From Candidatus Competibacterales bacterium (lineage in GTDB: Bacteria > Pseudomonadota > Gammaproteobacteria > Competibacterales > JAHEDQ01), in the NCBI GenBank assembly GCA_041587415.1, contig JBFGYN010000002.1, positions 1 through 40,908 on the forward strand: 40,908 nucleotides of DNA, given 5' to 3'. The translations under genes were made by a program, and so were the position numbers. How positions within the stretch are numbered: position 1 is the stretch's first letter; each line of letters begins with the position of its first letter. A model generated the notes under the pieces. That model saw nothing but the letters and a program-made list of their open reading frames with translations. It was not told the origin of the DNA and did not search any database. Positions 1 through 9,545 of the stretch are shown here, piece by piece.

Positions 1-402
1 GAACTGACGGGCCGATTTGGTGACGACCGAGTGCCCGACCTGATCGCCGAGGGACGGTTGCCGCACGCACTGGCTGCCCGGGACTTCGCACGCCACGTCG
101 CGCACACCCTTGGCCGAGAACCGCTCCACGTGGGCGATCCTGGGCGGGTGGTGCAGCGCATCGCTTGGTGTACCGGTGCAGCCCAGTCACTGATCGAGCG
201 GGTCGTCGATCGCGGAGTGGATGCCTATTTGACCGGTGAGGCCTCGGAACCGACCGTGCACGTCGCCCGGGAGTGTGGGATCGAATTCTTCGGTGCCGGT
301 CACCACGCTACGGAGCGATTTGGCGTGCGCGCCCTGGGGGCGCACATTGCCGAGCACTTCGGAATCGAATTTACTTATCGTGACGTGCCAAACCCGGTCT
401 AG
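1..402 (+). CDS. Nif3-like dinuclear metal center protein (YbgI / GTP cyclohydrolase I type 2 homolog family), C-terminal part; 5' end outside the window
   Basis: The frame is open from nt 1 (same frame as track ORF 31..402). The C-terminal sequence ..IAWCTGAAQS..VDAYLTGE..FFGAGHHATERFG.. matches the conserved NIF3/YbgI C-terminal metal-site region (GHHxTE). Confidence 0.8.
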   Translation, partial: ELTGRFGDDRVPDLIAEGRLPHALAARDFARHVAHTLGREPLHVGDPGRVVQRIAWCTGAAQSLIERVVDRGVDAYLTGEASEPTVHVARECGIEFFGAGHHATERFGVRALGAHIAEHFGIEFTYRDVPNPV

Positions 403-622
403 CGTGCATCGTTATCCGGGCTGCTGCGATCACGTACTACCGAACGGATTGCTGTGCGATCATGCGGACTCTTTGCGAAACCGATTTCCGTCAATTTGGC
501 GGATCATAGATCGCGGCGGAGGCGGGGCGCTGCGGGCTAAAATCTCGACATTTCGAAATCGAAGCACGCCTGGGCGGTATACTTCGATTCTGGAATCCCG
601 CATCGGTGTGGCATTGTCAACC

Positions 623-651
623 TTGACCTCGTTGCGGTCGATGGCCAGAAT
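623..651 (+). promoter_or_regulatory. Possible sigma70-type promoter upstream of petABC
   Basis: TTGACC (623-628), 17-nt spacer, CAGAAT (646-651). The -10 is weak. By-eye call only. Confidence 0.25.
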
Positions 652-777
652 CGCCGGGTTTGGGCTGTCCGTTTTGCTCTGCGCCGTTGGCGCCGCCGTC
701 CGGCGGAATGCCAACTGCGGGGGCCGGATGCCTCAGCCGAAAACGTATAAGCGGAGCACTGGGGACGGGAGAGCTTG

Positions 778-1380
778 ATGAGCACAACGGCAGATAACGT
801 GGATCCTGGCAGGCGCCGGTTCCTGACCGCTGCGGCGACCGTCGTCGGCGGCGTGGGAACCGCCTTCGTTGCCGCGCCATTTCTCATTTCGTGGGCACCC
901 AGTGAGCGCGCGCAAGCCGCAGGTGCCCCGGTCGACATCGATGTCAGCAAACTCGAACCGGGCCAGCGGGTCACCGTCGAGTGGCGCGGTAAGCCAGTGT
1001 GGGTGATCCGGCGAACACAAGAGCAGCTCGATGCCCTCGCAACACTCAGCGACCAGCTGCGCGACCCAAAGTCCGAGGTGGCCGATCAGCAGCCGGAGTA
1101 CGCCCAGAACGAATACCGCTCCGTGAAGCCGGAATACATGATCATGATCGGGATCTGCACGCACTTGGGGTGCTCGCCCACATTTCGGCCCGAAGTCGCG
1201 CCGGCGGATCTCGGACCCGAGTGGAAGGGAGGTTTTTTCTGCCCCTGCCACGGTGCGAAGTTCGATTTGGCGGGACGAGTATTTCTCTCGGTTCCGGCTC
1301 CGAGCAACTTGCCCGTGCCACCCCACCACTACGTGAGTGACACGCAAATCTTGGTTGGCGTAGATCCGGAGACCGCGTAA
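778..1380 (+). CDS. petA: Ubiquinol-cytochrome c reductase iron-sulfur (Rieske) subunit
   Basis: Twin-arginine-like N-terminus (GRRRFLTAAA). Rieske 2Fe-2S boxes CTHLGCSP and CPCHGAKFD. GGGAGAG lies 6 nt upstream of the ATG at 778 (the track ORF starts at TTG 775). petB follows directly. Confidence 0.93.
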   Translation: MSTTADNVDPGRRRFLTAAATVVGGVGTAFVAAPFLISWAPSERAQAAGAPVDIDVSKLEPGQRVTVEWRGKPVWVIRRTQEQLDALATLSDQLRDPKSEVADQQPEYAQNEYRSVKPEYMIMIGICTHLGCSPTFRPEVAPADLGPEWKGGFFCPCHGAKFDLAGRVFLSVPAPSNLPVPPHHYVSDTQILVGVDPETA

Positions 1381-2613
1381 ATGGCCAATACACAAGGAAC
1401 CACCGGGCTCATCGGCTGGATTGACGATCGCTTTCCGCTGACCAAGATGTGGCGGGAACACATGGGGGAGTACTACGCACCCAAGAACTTCAATTTCTGG
1501 TACTACTTCGGCTCACTGGCATTGCTGGTCTTGATCAACCAGATCGTTACCGGCATCTGGCTTACCATGAGCTACAAGCCATCGGCGGCGCACGCGTTTG
1601 CCTCCGTCGAGTACATCATGCGTGACGTCCCGTGGGGATGGCTCATCCGCTATATGCATTCCACCGGCGCTTCCGCGTTCTTCGTAGTTGTCTACCTTCA
1701 CATGTTTCGGGGGCTGATGTACGGCTCCTATCAGAAGCCGCGGGAACTGATCTGGATTTTCGGAATGCTCATCTATGTCTGCCTGATGGCTGAGGCCTTT
1801 ATGGGATACCTCTTGCCGTGGGGGCAGATGTCGTATTGGGGCGCGCAAGTGATCGTGTCCTTATTCGGCGCGATTCCGGGGGTAGGCGAGGATCTGGCGC
1901 TCTGGATTCGAGGCGACTACGTGATATCCGACGCGACCCTCAATCGCTTCTTCTCGCTGCATGTGATTGCCTTGCCACTCGTTCTCGTCGGTTTGATCGT
2001 CGCACACATCTTGGCCCTTCACGAGGTCGGATCGAACAACCCGGACGGCGTAGAAATCAAAAAACTGAAGGACGAGAAGGGTAGGCCGTTGGATGGAATT
2101 CCGTTCCATCCGTACTACTCGGTGAAAGATCTGTTCGGCTACTCCGTGTTCATATTCTTTTTTGCCGTCATCGTTTTCTTCATGCCGGAGATGGGGGGGT
2201 ATTTCCTGGAGCATGCGAACTTCGAACCGGCAGACCCGCTGAAGACACCGGAGCACATTGCCCCCGTGTGGTATTTCACGCCCTATTACGCGATCCTGCG
2301 GGCCGTACCGGACAAATTGGGCGGCGTGATCGCGATGGGCGCTGCCATCGTGGTGCTGTTCTTCCTTCCCTGGCTGGATCGAAGCCCGGTCAAATCGATC
2401 CGCTATCGGGGCCTGATCTACAAGGTGGCGTTGGGGTTGTTTGTGGTTTCCTTCTTGATTCTCGGCTACCTCGGGGCACTGCCTCCCAGCCCAGGCCGCA
2501 CGACATTGTCCCAAATCTGCTCGCTGATTTATTTCGCGTTCTTTTTGCTGATGCCCTTCTACACAAAAATTGACAAGACAAAGCCGGTCCCGGAAAGGGT
2601 GACGTTCAAATGA
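1381..2613 (+). CDS. petB: Cytochrome b (bc1 complex)
   Basis: 410 aa, polytopic. Conserved cytochrome b motifs (YMHSTGASAFF, LPWGQMSYWGA, PEWYF-like APVWYFTPYY). The ATG follows the petA stop immediately. Confidence 0.95.
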   Translation: MANTQGTTGLIGWIDDRFPLTKMWREHMGEYYAPKNFNFWYYFGSLALLVLINQIVTGIWLTMSYKPSAAHAFASVEYIMRDVPWGWLIRYMHSTGASAFFVVVYLHMFRGLMYGSYQKPRELIWIFGMLIYVCLMAEAFMGYLLPWGQMSYWGAQVIVSLFGAIPGVGEDLALWIRGDYVISDATLNRFFSLHVIALPLVLVGLIVAHILALHEVGSNNPDGVEIKKLKDEKGRPLDGIPFHPYYSVKDLFGYSVFIFFFAVIVFFMPEMGGYFLEHANFEPADPLKTPEHIAPVWYFTPYYAILRAVPDKLGGVIAMGAAIVVLFFLPWLDRSPVKSIRYRGLIYKVALGLFVVSFLILGYLGALPPSPGRTTLSQICSLIYFAFFLLMPFYTKIDKTKPVPERVTFK

Positions 2614-3353
2614 AGAGATTTTTGATCATGCTAGCTGTGATTGCCGCACCGGGGCTCACGGTCGCCGCCGGGGCGGGTGGCTATAATCTCGACGCGGCAC
2701 CGATTGATCTGGAGAACGACGCCTCACTGCAGCGGGGCGCCCAGCTCTTCGTCAACTACTGCATGGGGTGTCATTCAGCGGAGCATCAGCGATACAACCG
2801 TTTCGCGCGCGACGCCGGATTGAATGATGAACAGGTGGTCGAGAATCTGATTTTCACGAATGCCAAAGTCGGCGACCTCATGAGCAATGCCATGACCAAG
2901 GGCGAGGCGAAAAAGTGGTTCGGCGCCGCACCACCGGACCTGACCCTGGTGGCGCGCACCCGTGGTGTGGACTGGCTCTACACCTATCTGCGCACCTTTT
3001 ACTTGGACGACTCCCGGCCGCTCGGCGTCAACAACGCCGTCTTCCCAAACGTTGGAATGCCCCACGTCCTGTGGGAGCTTCAGGGTTGGCAAAAGGCGAA
3101 TTTCAGAATTGATACGGACGCCGATGGAAACGAGACGAAGGTGCTCGACGGGCTCGAAATCGTCGAGCCGGGCTCCATGACGAGTGTCGAGTTCGACCGG
3201 GCGATTCGCGACCTGGTGAATTTTCTTGCGTACATTGCCGAGCCGATGGCGCTCGAACGGAAATCCGTCGGAACAAAAGTGCTCATTTTTATCCTCATCA
3301 TGATCGCCGTCTTCTATCTCCTGAAGAAAGAGTACTGGCGGGACGTGCACTGA
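2610..3353 (+). CDS. petC: Cytochrome c1 (bc1 complex)
   Basis: Signal peptide, CMGCH heme-binding site, C-terminal TM anchor (VLIFILIMIAVFYLL). ATGA overlap with petB. Confidence 0.92.
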   Translation: MKRFLIMLAVIAAPGLTVAAGAGGYNLDAAPIDLENDASLQRGAQLFVNYCMGCHSAEHQRYNRFARDAGLNDEQVVENLIFTNAKVGDLMSNAMTKGEAKKWFGAAPPDLTLVARTRGVDWLYTYLRTFYLDDSRPLGVNNAVFPNVGMPHVLWELQGWQKANFRIDTDADGNETKVLDGLEIVEPGSMTSVEFDRAIRDLVNFLAYIAEPMALERKSVGTKVLIFILIMIAVFYLLKKEYWRDVH

Positions 3354-3451
3354 AGTGACTCATGGCGATTGACTGGCACAGACCGGCGCTCGAATCGGAT
3401 TTGCGTCTCCCGGCCAGTTCCTCCCGCCACGGCGCAAACCTGGGAGCCGCG

Positions 3452-4078
3452 ATGGCTGTCGTTGCCAACAAGCGATCTGTTATGACCCTATTCTCAAGCC
3501 CTAATTGCGTCAACAGCCACCGGGCACGGTTCGTCTTGGCCGAGAAGGGCATTTCGTTCGATATTCATAGTGTGGCGCCCGGGGAGTTTCCAGAGGACTT
3601 GGTGGATCTGAATCCGTACGGCTCGGTACCCACACTCGTGGACCGGGATCTGGTTCTCTACTACGCCCGCGTGATCATCGAGTACCTGGACGAACGGTTT
3701 CCTCATCCGCCCCTCATGCCGGTCGATCCTGTCTCGCGCGCTCGCGCTCGTCTGGCGCTGACCCGGGTGGAGGAGGATTGGTACCCGCTTCTCGAGACCA
3801 TCGAGCGCGGAACGTCTCGCGAGGCGAACGAAGCGCGCAAGTTACTGCGGGACAGTTTGTCGGCAAGCGCAGAGGTATTCTCGGCGATGCCGTTTTTCCT
3901 GAGTGAGGATTTCAGTCTCGTGGACTGCTCGATTGCACCTGTGCTGTGGCGACTTCCGGTATTCGGCGTCGAGCTGCCCACACAGGCCCGGGGCGTTGTT
4001 GACTACGCCGAGCGCATTTTCGACCGGGAGAGCTTCCGTACCAGCCTTTCAGATGTGGAACGCGAGCTCCGAGCATAG
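3452..4078 (+). CDS. sspA: Stringent starvation protein A (GST-like RNAP-associated regulator)
   Basis: From ATG 3452 the protein begins MAVVANKRSVMTLFSS.., nearly identical to the E. coli SspA N-terminus (MAVAANKRSVMTLFSG) as I recall it. GGGAG lies 5 nt upstream. YLDERFPHPPLMP and FLSEDFSLVDC are conserved. The track ORF start at 3362 is an upstream extension. Confidence 0.94.
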   Translation: MAVVANKRSVMTLFSSPNCVNSHRARFVLAEKGISFDIHSVAPGEFPEDLVDLNPYGSVPTLVDRDLVLYYARVIIEYLDERFPHPPLMPVDPVSRARARLALTRVEEDWYPLLETIERGTSREANEARKLLRDSLSASAEVFSAMPFFLSEDFSLVDCSIAPVLWRLPVFGVELPTQARGVVDYAERIFDRESFRTSLSDVERELRA

Positions 4079-4286
4079 ACCGCGAATCTCACGGCGTTCC
4101 GGTTGTCGCCCGTGATCTGCGTGGGGTGATGGTGCAGATCCCGGCCAGCGTGCTCGACGTAGATGCGGCGGCCCCTGCACCACCGAGGGTGACGTGTACC
4201 CAGTGCCCGCGGCCAGTTGACGCTCTCGGCACGAGCGGCCACGAGGATTGCGGTGCCCGGCGCGTTCCTAGAGGGGCCCCTAGTTC

Positions 4287-4682
4287 ATGGAAGGCATGAC
4301 TTCCAGCCGTCCATACTTGATTCGGGCATTCTATGATTGGATTGTGGACAACGGCCTGACACCGTGCATTTTGGTCAATGCGACGATGCAGGGCGTGTGC
4401 GTGCCGGAGCCGTATGTGCATGACGGACGGATTGTGCTGAATGTCGGACCAACGGCCGTCGACCGGCTCGACTTGGGTAACGACTGGATCCGCTTCAGTG
4501 CCCGTTTCTCCGGCACTTCCTACGATATCGAGTTTCCCCCCGCGTCGGTTCTCGCCATCTATTCGCGTGAGAACGGGCGCGGCATGGCATTCGGCGAAGA
4601 AGATAGCCCGAAGGATCCCCCGGAAACCGATCCGGACGACCCGAAACCCAAAAAGGGACCGGCTCTCCGGATCGTCAAGTAG
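4287..4682 (+). CDS. sspB: Stringent starvation protein B (ClpXP specificity-enhancing adaptor)
   Basis: RPYLIRAFYDWIVDNGLTPCILV, IVLNVGPTAV, LAIYSRENG and the C-terminal ClpX-binding tail ..GPALRIVK match SspB. The start could be 4287 or 4296. Confidence 0.9.
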   Translation: MEGMTSSRPYLIRAFYDWIVDNGLTPCILVNATMQGVCVPEPYVHDGRIVLNVGPTAVDRLDLGNDWIRFSARFSGTSYDIEFPPASVLAIYSRENGRGMAFGEEDSPKDPPETDPDDPKPKKGPALRIVK

Positions 4683-4697
4683 AGCAGGGACAAGATA

Positions 4698-5192
4698 ATG
4701 ATCGAAGCACTCAAGGCCGATATTACCGCGCTCCATGTGGACGCAATCGTCAACGCCGCGAACGAATCACTTTTGGGTGGTGGCGGAGTAGACGGGGCAA
4801 TCCACCGTGCCGCTGGCCAGGAGCTCTTGGAGTACTGCCGCACACTCGGGGGTTGTCGCACCGGGGAGGCTAAGCTGACGCCCGGCTTCGCCTTGAAGGC
4901 GAAATGGATCATTCATACCGTCGGCCCAGTGTGGCGTGACGGAAAGCACGGCGAGCCGGAACGACTGCGATCCTGCTATCGGAATAGTTTGCACCTTGCC
5001 ATGCACCAAGGTGCCCGAACGATCGCATTCCCCGGCATCAGCACCGGTGTGTACGGCTACCCGAAGCAGCTGGCGGTGGATATTGCCGTAGAGGAAATGC
5101 GCGCTCGCGAATCGGAATTCGAACGGATCGTCGCGTGCTGCTTCAGCGATGAAGACTTGGCTCTCTACCAGGCTCGGCTCTCGCGCCCGTAA
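4698..5192 (+). CDS. ymdB: Macro-domain protein, O-acetyl-ADP-ribose deacetylase (YmdB-like)
   Basis: [33 protein letters not shown] ... IHTVGPVW ... [13 protein letters not shown] matches the YmdB/MacroD family nearly motif for motif. Confidence 0.85.
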   Translation: MIEALKADITALHVDAIVNAANESLLGGGGVDGAIHRAAGQELLEYCRTLGGCRTGEAKLTPGFALKAKWIIHTVGPVWRDGKHGEPERLRSCYRNSLHLAMHQGARTIAFPGISTGVYGYPKQLAVDIAVEEMRARESEFERIVACCFSDEDLALYQARLSRP

Positions 5193-5302
5193 GATCCGGG
5201 GGCGAGCCTGAGCGTTGCACCAGGACGCTCTAATTTGGGCAGTTACGTCAGGGAAAAGAGTGATTCGTGCGTATGCTAGCCATTGACACTATGTCACCAA
5301 GG

Positions 5303-5321
5303 GCGCAATCCGGTTTTGCGC
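5303..5321. terminator. Hairpin in the convergent ymdB / dolP intergenic region (weak terminator candidate)
   Basis: GCGCAA-TCCGGTT-TTGCGC followed by TGGTTGTGG on the + strand. There is no clean U-tract. Confidence 0.2.
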
Positions 5322-5367
5322 TGGTTGTGGCTGGGGCAAGCCTGCGCGAAATTCCCGGATCCTGATG

Positions 5368-5961
5368 CTAGGCCACATACTCGAACAACCGAACCACCCG
5401 TTGAACCCCATCCACGCGACGAACAGCGTCGGTCACAATGTCGGCTTCTCTCTGTGTCACGATGCCGAAAAGGTATACGATCCCGCGCTCGGTGACGACC
5501 TTCACGCGCGTGAACTGAAACGAATCGAGCCCTTCCAGTCCGATCAGGGACGATTTTACCTTCGTTGTGATCCACGCATCGGTGCTGCGTGAGCCGACGC
5601 TGCTCGGGGCGGCAATGATCAACTCGTTGTAGACTTGCCGCACTTTCTCGATGCGTCGAATCCGGGATTCGGCGCGCTCCCGCATTGCGGCTGTCGGCGT
5701 CTCGCCGGTCAGCAGCACGACGTTGTTGAAGCTCGTCACACTGATATGCGCTTGGTCCCGCAATTCGGGATCCTCGCGCAGGGCTCCGAACGCTTTGAGC
5801 TCGATGTTTTGATCTTCGATCACCGTGCCCGTCGTTCGATCCTGACCGCCCACATCGGCGGCCGACCCGGCGCCAGCAACGACCGCGGCCGCGCACCCCG
5901 CTAGCGTGCTGCTCAGTGCCAACGCAATGCACATCGCGCCCGATATGGCCCGTATTCTCAT
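5368..5961 (-). CDS. dolP: Outer-membrane lipoprotein DolP (YraP), two BON domains
   Basis: Lipobox LAGC in MRIRAISGAMCIALALSSTLAGC. Two BON-type repeats (..VTSFNNVVLLTGE.., ..VVTERGIVYLFGIV..). Lies downstream of lpoA-yraN as in E. coli. GGGGGA lies 7 nt upstream of the ATG. Confidence 0.85.
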   Translation of the reverse strand: MRIRAISGAMCIALALSSTLAGCAAAVVAGAGSAADVGGQDRTTGTVIEDQNIELKAFGALREDPELRDQAHISVTSFNNVVLLTGETPTAAMRERAESRIRRIEKVRQVYNELIIAAPSSVGSRSTDAWITTKVKSSLIGLEGLDSFQFTRVKVVTERGIVYLFGIVTQREADIVTDAVRRVDGVQRVVRLFEYVA

Positions 5962-5993
5962 GTTTCAATCCCCCGAAAAGCGGCAAAGCCGGT

Positions 5994-6353
5994 TCATGTT
6001 TCAAAGGCGTTCTTGATCCACTCTATTCTAGAGCCACCCTGTTCGATCTCCACTGCTATCACGTCGAATCGGCACGGCATCTGCGAATATTTCCGGCGTC
6101 GCTGCAAATAATCCATGGCGGCCAACGCCAATCTGCGCTGCTTCTTCGCCGTCACGGTCTCGGCCGGCGTTCCGAACCGATTGCTCCGCCGCCCGCGCAC
6201 CTCCACGAACACGATCTGGTCCGCATCGCGCATGATGAGGTCCACTTCACCGAATCGACTGCGATAATTTCGCTCGAGTGCCAGCAGCCCCTCCCGAGAC
6301 AGGAACGATTCGGCCAGATGCTCGACAGATCGGCCGATCGACTGGGAGGTCAA
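5994..6353 (-). CDS. yraN: YraN family (UPF0102) endonuclease-like protein
   Basis: C-terminal 119 aa of track ORF 5994..6665: ..AESFLSREGLLALERNYRSRFGEVDLIMRD..IVFVEVRGR.. is the YraN signature. The proposed TTG start at 6353 overlaps the lpoA stop (TTGA). The start is uncertain. Confidence 0.75.
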   Translation of the reverse strand: MTSQSIGRSVEHLAESFLSREGLLALERNYRSRFGEVDLIMRDADQIVFVEVRGRRSNRFGTPAETVTAKKQRRLALAAMDYLQRRRKYSQMPCRFDVIAVEIEQGGSRIEWIKNAFET

Positions 6354-8341
6354 TCCGCCTCCGCCGCAGGCGGCAGCTGGCTGGTCGGCGTGCCAACGAG
6401 CCTGGGTACGCCACTGGCGAAGCGCGCCCAGACCAAATCCTGCCGATGGACGACGCCTTCGGCGTCGACGCTCAATCGCCCGGTTGCCCCATCGATCGAA
6501 AGTCCCTGAGCGCTTTCCAGTGCCGTGAGCCACGGAACGAGTCGATAAGCGTCGAGACCGAGGGCGAAAAGACGCGATCGACCCTTTGCGGGGTCTACGA
6601 CGACACTGGCGCTCTGCAACTCGGTCGGCAGCCGGTCTGGCGAGAGAAGCCACGGGATGTCGCAAAACTCGACACCGTCCAGGTCGCGATCGGAAACCGA
6701 ATTCACTCCACCCGTGAAGATGTGGGACGTGGACCAGGTGGCGAGATCGCCAGCGCGGTAGAACCGAAGCTGCGGATAAAGCAGCCGCCCCTGTGCGGCA
6801 TTGGCCACCAAAAAGAGGAAATCCGCGTCCCGTCGGCGGCGCGGCTCGAACTCCAGACGCGTTCCCAGCATCTGTTCCAGATCGCGATGTCTGGCGTCGC
6901 TGGCGTCCAAGTGCAACAAGTCCCTGATGGGGGCAGTGAAATCCGCGCTTCCCGGGACGTATGATCGGGTGCCGACAACCCTGCCACCGCCGCGAGTAAA
7001 GCGGCTGAGAAACGCATCATATATTCTTTGGCCCCAGTCATCTTCCGGATAGAGAGCCAGGGCTCGCTCCATTCCCTGATCCAGGGCGCGCGCGGCCACC
7101 TGTTCCGCGTCGTCCTCAGGGGCCAGCCCGAACTGATACATCGGCATTGAGTGATCGGAGGAGCGGCTTGGCATCGCGCCCATTACCGGGGCGGGCTCCG
7201 GTGCAGCCAGAGGTAATTGCTCGATCGGCGCGGCCTCCGGTGTGCCAGGGCCCGTTAAACTCTCGACGCGCCTCCCATCACTCATGCGATTCAGCGCCAG
7301 AATCGGGACTGTGCGATCAGGCAAGACCGCGAGGGTTTCGATGTTTTCTTTTAGCAACGGTCCCACCACCAAGGCCGCGCCTTCGATTACCGCCTGCCGG
7401 TAGGCATCAGCGGCGCTCATGTTGGCGATGTCATACACCCGCACGGCAGGGCTTGCGTTGGCATCGATGGAATTTCCCGTGAGGAATCCGTCCCGGATGT
7501 CCTCCGAGACCCTTGCGTAGCGCCCACTCAGTGGGAGCAGCAACGCCAACTGCGAGGGAACACGTGCGCCTGTCCTTGCTGCGGCCAGTTCGCTGGCGCG
7601 CTGGGCAGCCGGGTGTCCCGGATAGGATTGTTGCCACTCGGCGATCCGGGCTTGAAACCGCTGCTGTTGATCGAGGCCGATTGCGGCAACGTCCTGCAGG
7701 GCTATCCAACCCGGAAGGGCGGGATCGAGGCTGGCAAGACTTTGTAGGGCCTCGATATCCATCGCCGCCATGAGGGACCAAATGATGTCCTCGATCTCAG
7801 TTCTTTGCTGCGGATCGGGCGCTAGGCGCTGCAACTGCAAGGCGTCGAGCATTGCGTCGACATTGCTTTCCATAGCCCGGAATGCCTGGAGTCGGAGAGC
7901 AAGAATCTCGGCACGTCTTTCGCCTTGGATGTCCGGCGTCAAATCCGGGAGAAAATTCAGCGCATCTTCAGGCAGTCCCGCCGCGAGGGCCGCGTCGGTG
8001 CGAACGATTCCGGCGCGCAATGCCTGATCTTGGGTCAATGCTCGTGGGTCCAACTCATCCAGGGTTTGGCGCGCCGACTCCAGATCCCCGCCGCGACGGA
8101 ATGCCTCCGCCGCGCGCAGGCGCCACTCCACGGTTTGCTCCGGTGATCCTTGGAGTTCCAGGTACCGGCGCGCCAAGCCATGGTAGTCGCCGGCCTCCTC
8201 CAAACTGCGAAGCTCAGCCGCGGCGGGAGTTTCCAAATGCGGTTCGTCGAATACGCCCGGAGTCGTCGTGCAGCCTCCGAGCAGTGCAGCGATGAGAACA
8301 GTCAGAACCGGTCGAACTCGGATTTGATTGGGAGTGGCCAT
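6350..8341 (-). CDS. lpoA: Penicillin-binding protein activator LpoA (LppC family lipoprotein)
   Basis: From ATG 8341: MATPNQIRVRPVLTVLIAALLGGC (lipobox). TPR-like N-terminal domain and a periplasmic-binding-like C-terminal domain ending ..GATGRLSVDAEGVVHRQDLVWARF... Divergent from rsmI as in E. coli. Confidence 0.88.
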   Translation of the reverse strand: MATPNQIRVRPVLTVLIAALLGGCTTTPGVFDEPHLETPAAAELRSLEEAGDYHGLARRYLELQGSPEQTVEWRLRAAEAFRRGGDLESARQTLDELDPRALTQDQALRAGIVRTDAALAAGLPEDALNFLPDLTPDIQGERRAEILALRLQAFRAMESNVDAMLDALQLQRLAPDPQQRTEIEDIIWSLMAAMDIEALQSLASLDPALPGWIALQDVAAIGLDQQQRFQARIAEWQQSYPGHPAAQRASELAAARTGARVPSQLALLLPLSGRYARVSEDIRDGFLTGNSIDANASPAVRVYDIANMSAADAYRQAVIEGAALVVGPLLKENIETLAVLPDRTVPILALNRMSDGRRVESLTGPGTPEAAPIEQLPLAAPEPAPVMGAMPSRSSDHSMPMYQFGLAPEDDAEQVAARALDQGMERALALYPEDDWGQRIYDAFLSRFTRGGGRVVGTRSYVPGSADFTAPIRDLLHLDASDARHRDLEQMLGTRLEFEPRRRRDADFLFLVANAAQGRLLYPQLRFYRAGDLATWSTSHIFTGGVNSVSDRDLDGVEFCDIPWLLSPDRLPTELQSASVVVDPAKGRSRLFALGLDAYRLVPWLTALESAQGLSIDGATGRLSVDAEGVVHRQDLVWARFASGVPRLVGTPTSQLPPAAEAD

Positions 8342-8450
8342 GATAGACTTGCGGTCCCTTGTTGAGCTGGCCGGACGCTCTGCCCGACTTGGAGCCCCTG
8401 GGGTTTGTGCGGTATGCCACTGCGCAGGCGCGGCGGGAGAAGCAGTATCC

Positions 8451-9314
8451 GTGGGGGTGAATGACGTGTCAATCGAGCCGGGCTGCCTATATGTGGTCGC
8501 CACCCCGATCGGGAACCTAGGGGACATGACAGCGAGGTCACTTGCGTGCTTGCGTGAAGTCGACCTGGTCGCTGCGGAGGATACTCGGCGTTCCCGTGCC
8601 TTGCTCGCTCATTTCGGCATACAGAAGTCTCTGATTTCCCTGCACGATCATAACGAGCGCGCGCAGTTGCAGAAGATTATCGCCGTACTGCTGCGTGGCG
8701 ACTCCGTGGCTCTCGTGTCGGACGCGGGTACGCCGCTCATCAGCGATCCCGGATACTCGCTGGTGAGGGAGAGTGCCGAACATGGTTTGCTTGTCGTCCC
8801 GATCCCCGGGCCATGCAGCGTCATCGCTGCGTTGAGCGCTGCGGGTTTGCCTACCGATCGTTTTGTGTACGAGGGATTTCTCCCGGCACGCGCTGCTCCG
8901 CGCCGGCGAGCGCTTTCCGCTGTCGTGACCGAAGTGCGCACCCTCGTTTATCTCGAGTCTGCAAAGCGCGTTCGCCAGGCTTTGGCCGACATGACAGCAG
9001 TCTTCGGCGGTGCTCGGCGAGTCGTGCTCGCCAGGGAACTGACCAAAGTGCATGAGGAGTTCCTGCGCGGAACAGTCGCAGAACTCGCCAAGCTGCTCGA
9101 ACAGAATCCCGGCCGATGCCGCGGTGAGTTCGTCGTCATGGTGCAGGGTGCGGAGAGCGCGGTGACCGGGGAGCGTGAAGCGAGGCAATTGCTCGAGTCC
9201 CTGTTGCAGGAACTGCCGGCCTCCAGGGCCGCCGCGGTCGCCGCGCGCTTTACGGGCCGTGCCCGCAAGGAATTGTATTGTCTCGCACTCGAGCTGGGTG
9301 GCGAGAGCCATTGA
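8451..9314 (+). CDS. rsmI: 16S rRNA (cytidine1402-2'-O)-methyltransferase RsmI
   Basis: LYVVATPIGNLGDMT..LREVDLVAAEDTRRS..DAGTPLISDPGY..PGPCSVIAALSAAGLP..F.YEGFLP matches RsmI. GTG 8451 gives 12 aa before LYVV, as in E. coli. The track start at 8328 overlaps the lpoA start region. Confidence 0.88.
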   Translation: MGVNDVSIEPGCLYVVATPIGNLGDMTARSLACLREVDLVAAEDTRRSRALLAHFGIQKSLISLHDHNERAQLQKIIAVLLRGDSVALVSDAGTPLISDPGYSLVRESAEHGLLVVPIPGPCSVIAALSAAGLPTDRFVYEGFLPARAAPRRRALSAVVTEVRTLVYLESAKRVRQALADMTAVFGGARRVVLARELTKVHEEFLRGTVAELAKLLEQNPGRCRGEFVVMVQGAESAVTGEREARQLLESLLQELPASRAAAVAARFTGRARKELYCLALELGGESH

Positions 9315-9545
9315 CTGTTTGGAGAACGCGAATCCGTACTATTGCGTCCAGGAATTTCCAGAGCACGGAAATCGGTAGGCTGGTTTTCGCTCTTACCCCG
9401 GAATCGGCCGGTTGACGTGTCGAATCCGGTGGTACATCCAAGTGCGATAGTGAGACTGTCACATGATCTGAGCTTCCAGCGACAAACTTCCGACTTTCTC
9501 GGTGTTCACCTTGCGGCCGCGCGGGCGGCGAGCGAAACTGCATGT

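Noticed and set aside
4089-4736. 215-aa minus-strand ORF spanning the sspA-sspB spacer and all of sspB.
   Set aside because: It is antisense to a confidently identified sspB. It has no motifs and looks like a GC shadow ORF.
5294-6004. 236-aa alternative-frame minus ORF overlapping dolP.
   Set aside because: The dolP frame has a lipobox and BON repeats. The alternative frame is Arg-rich junk.
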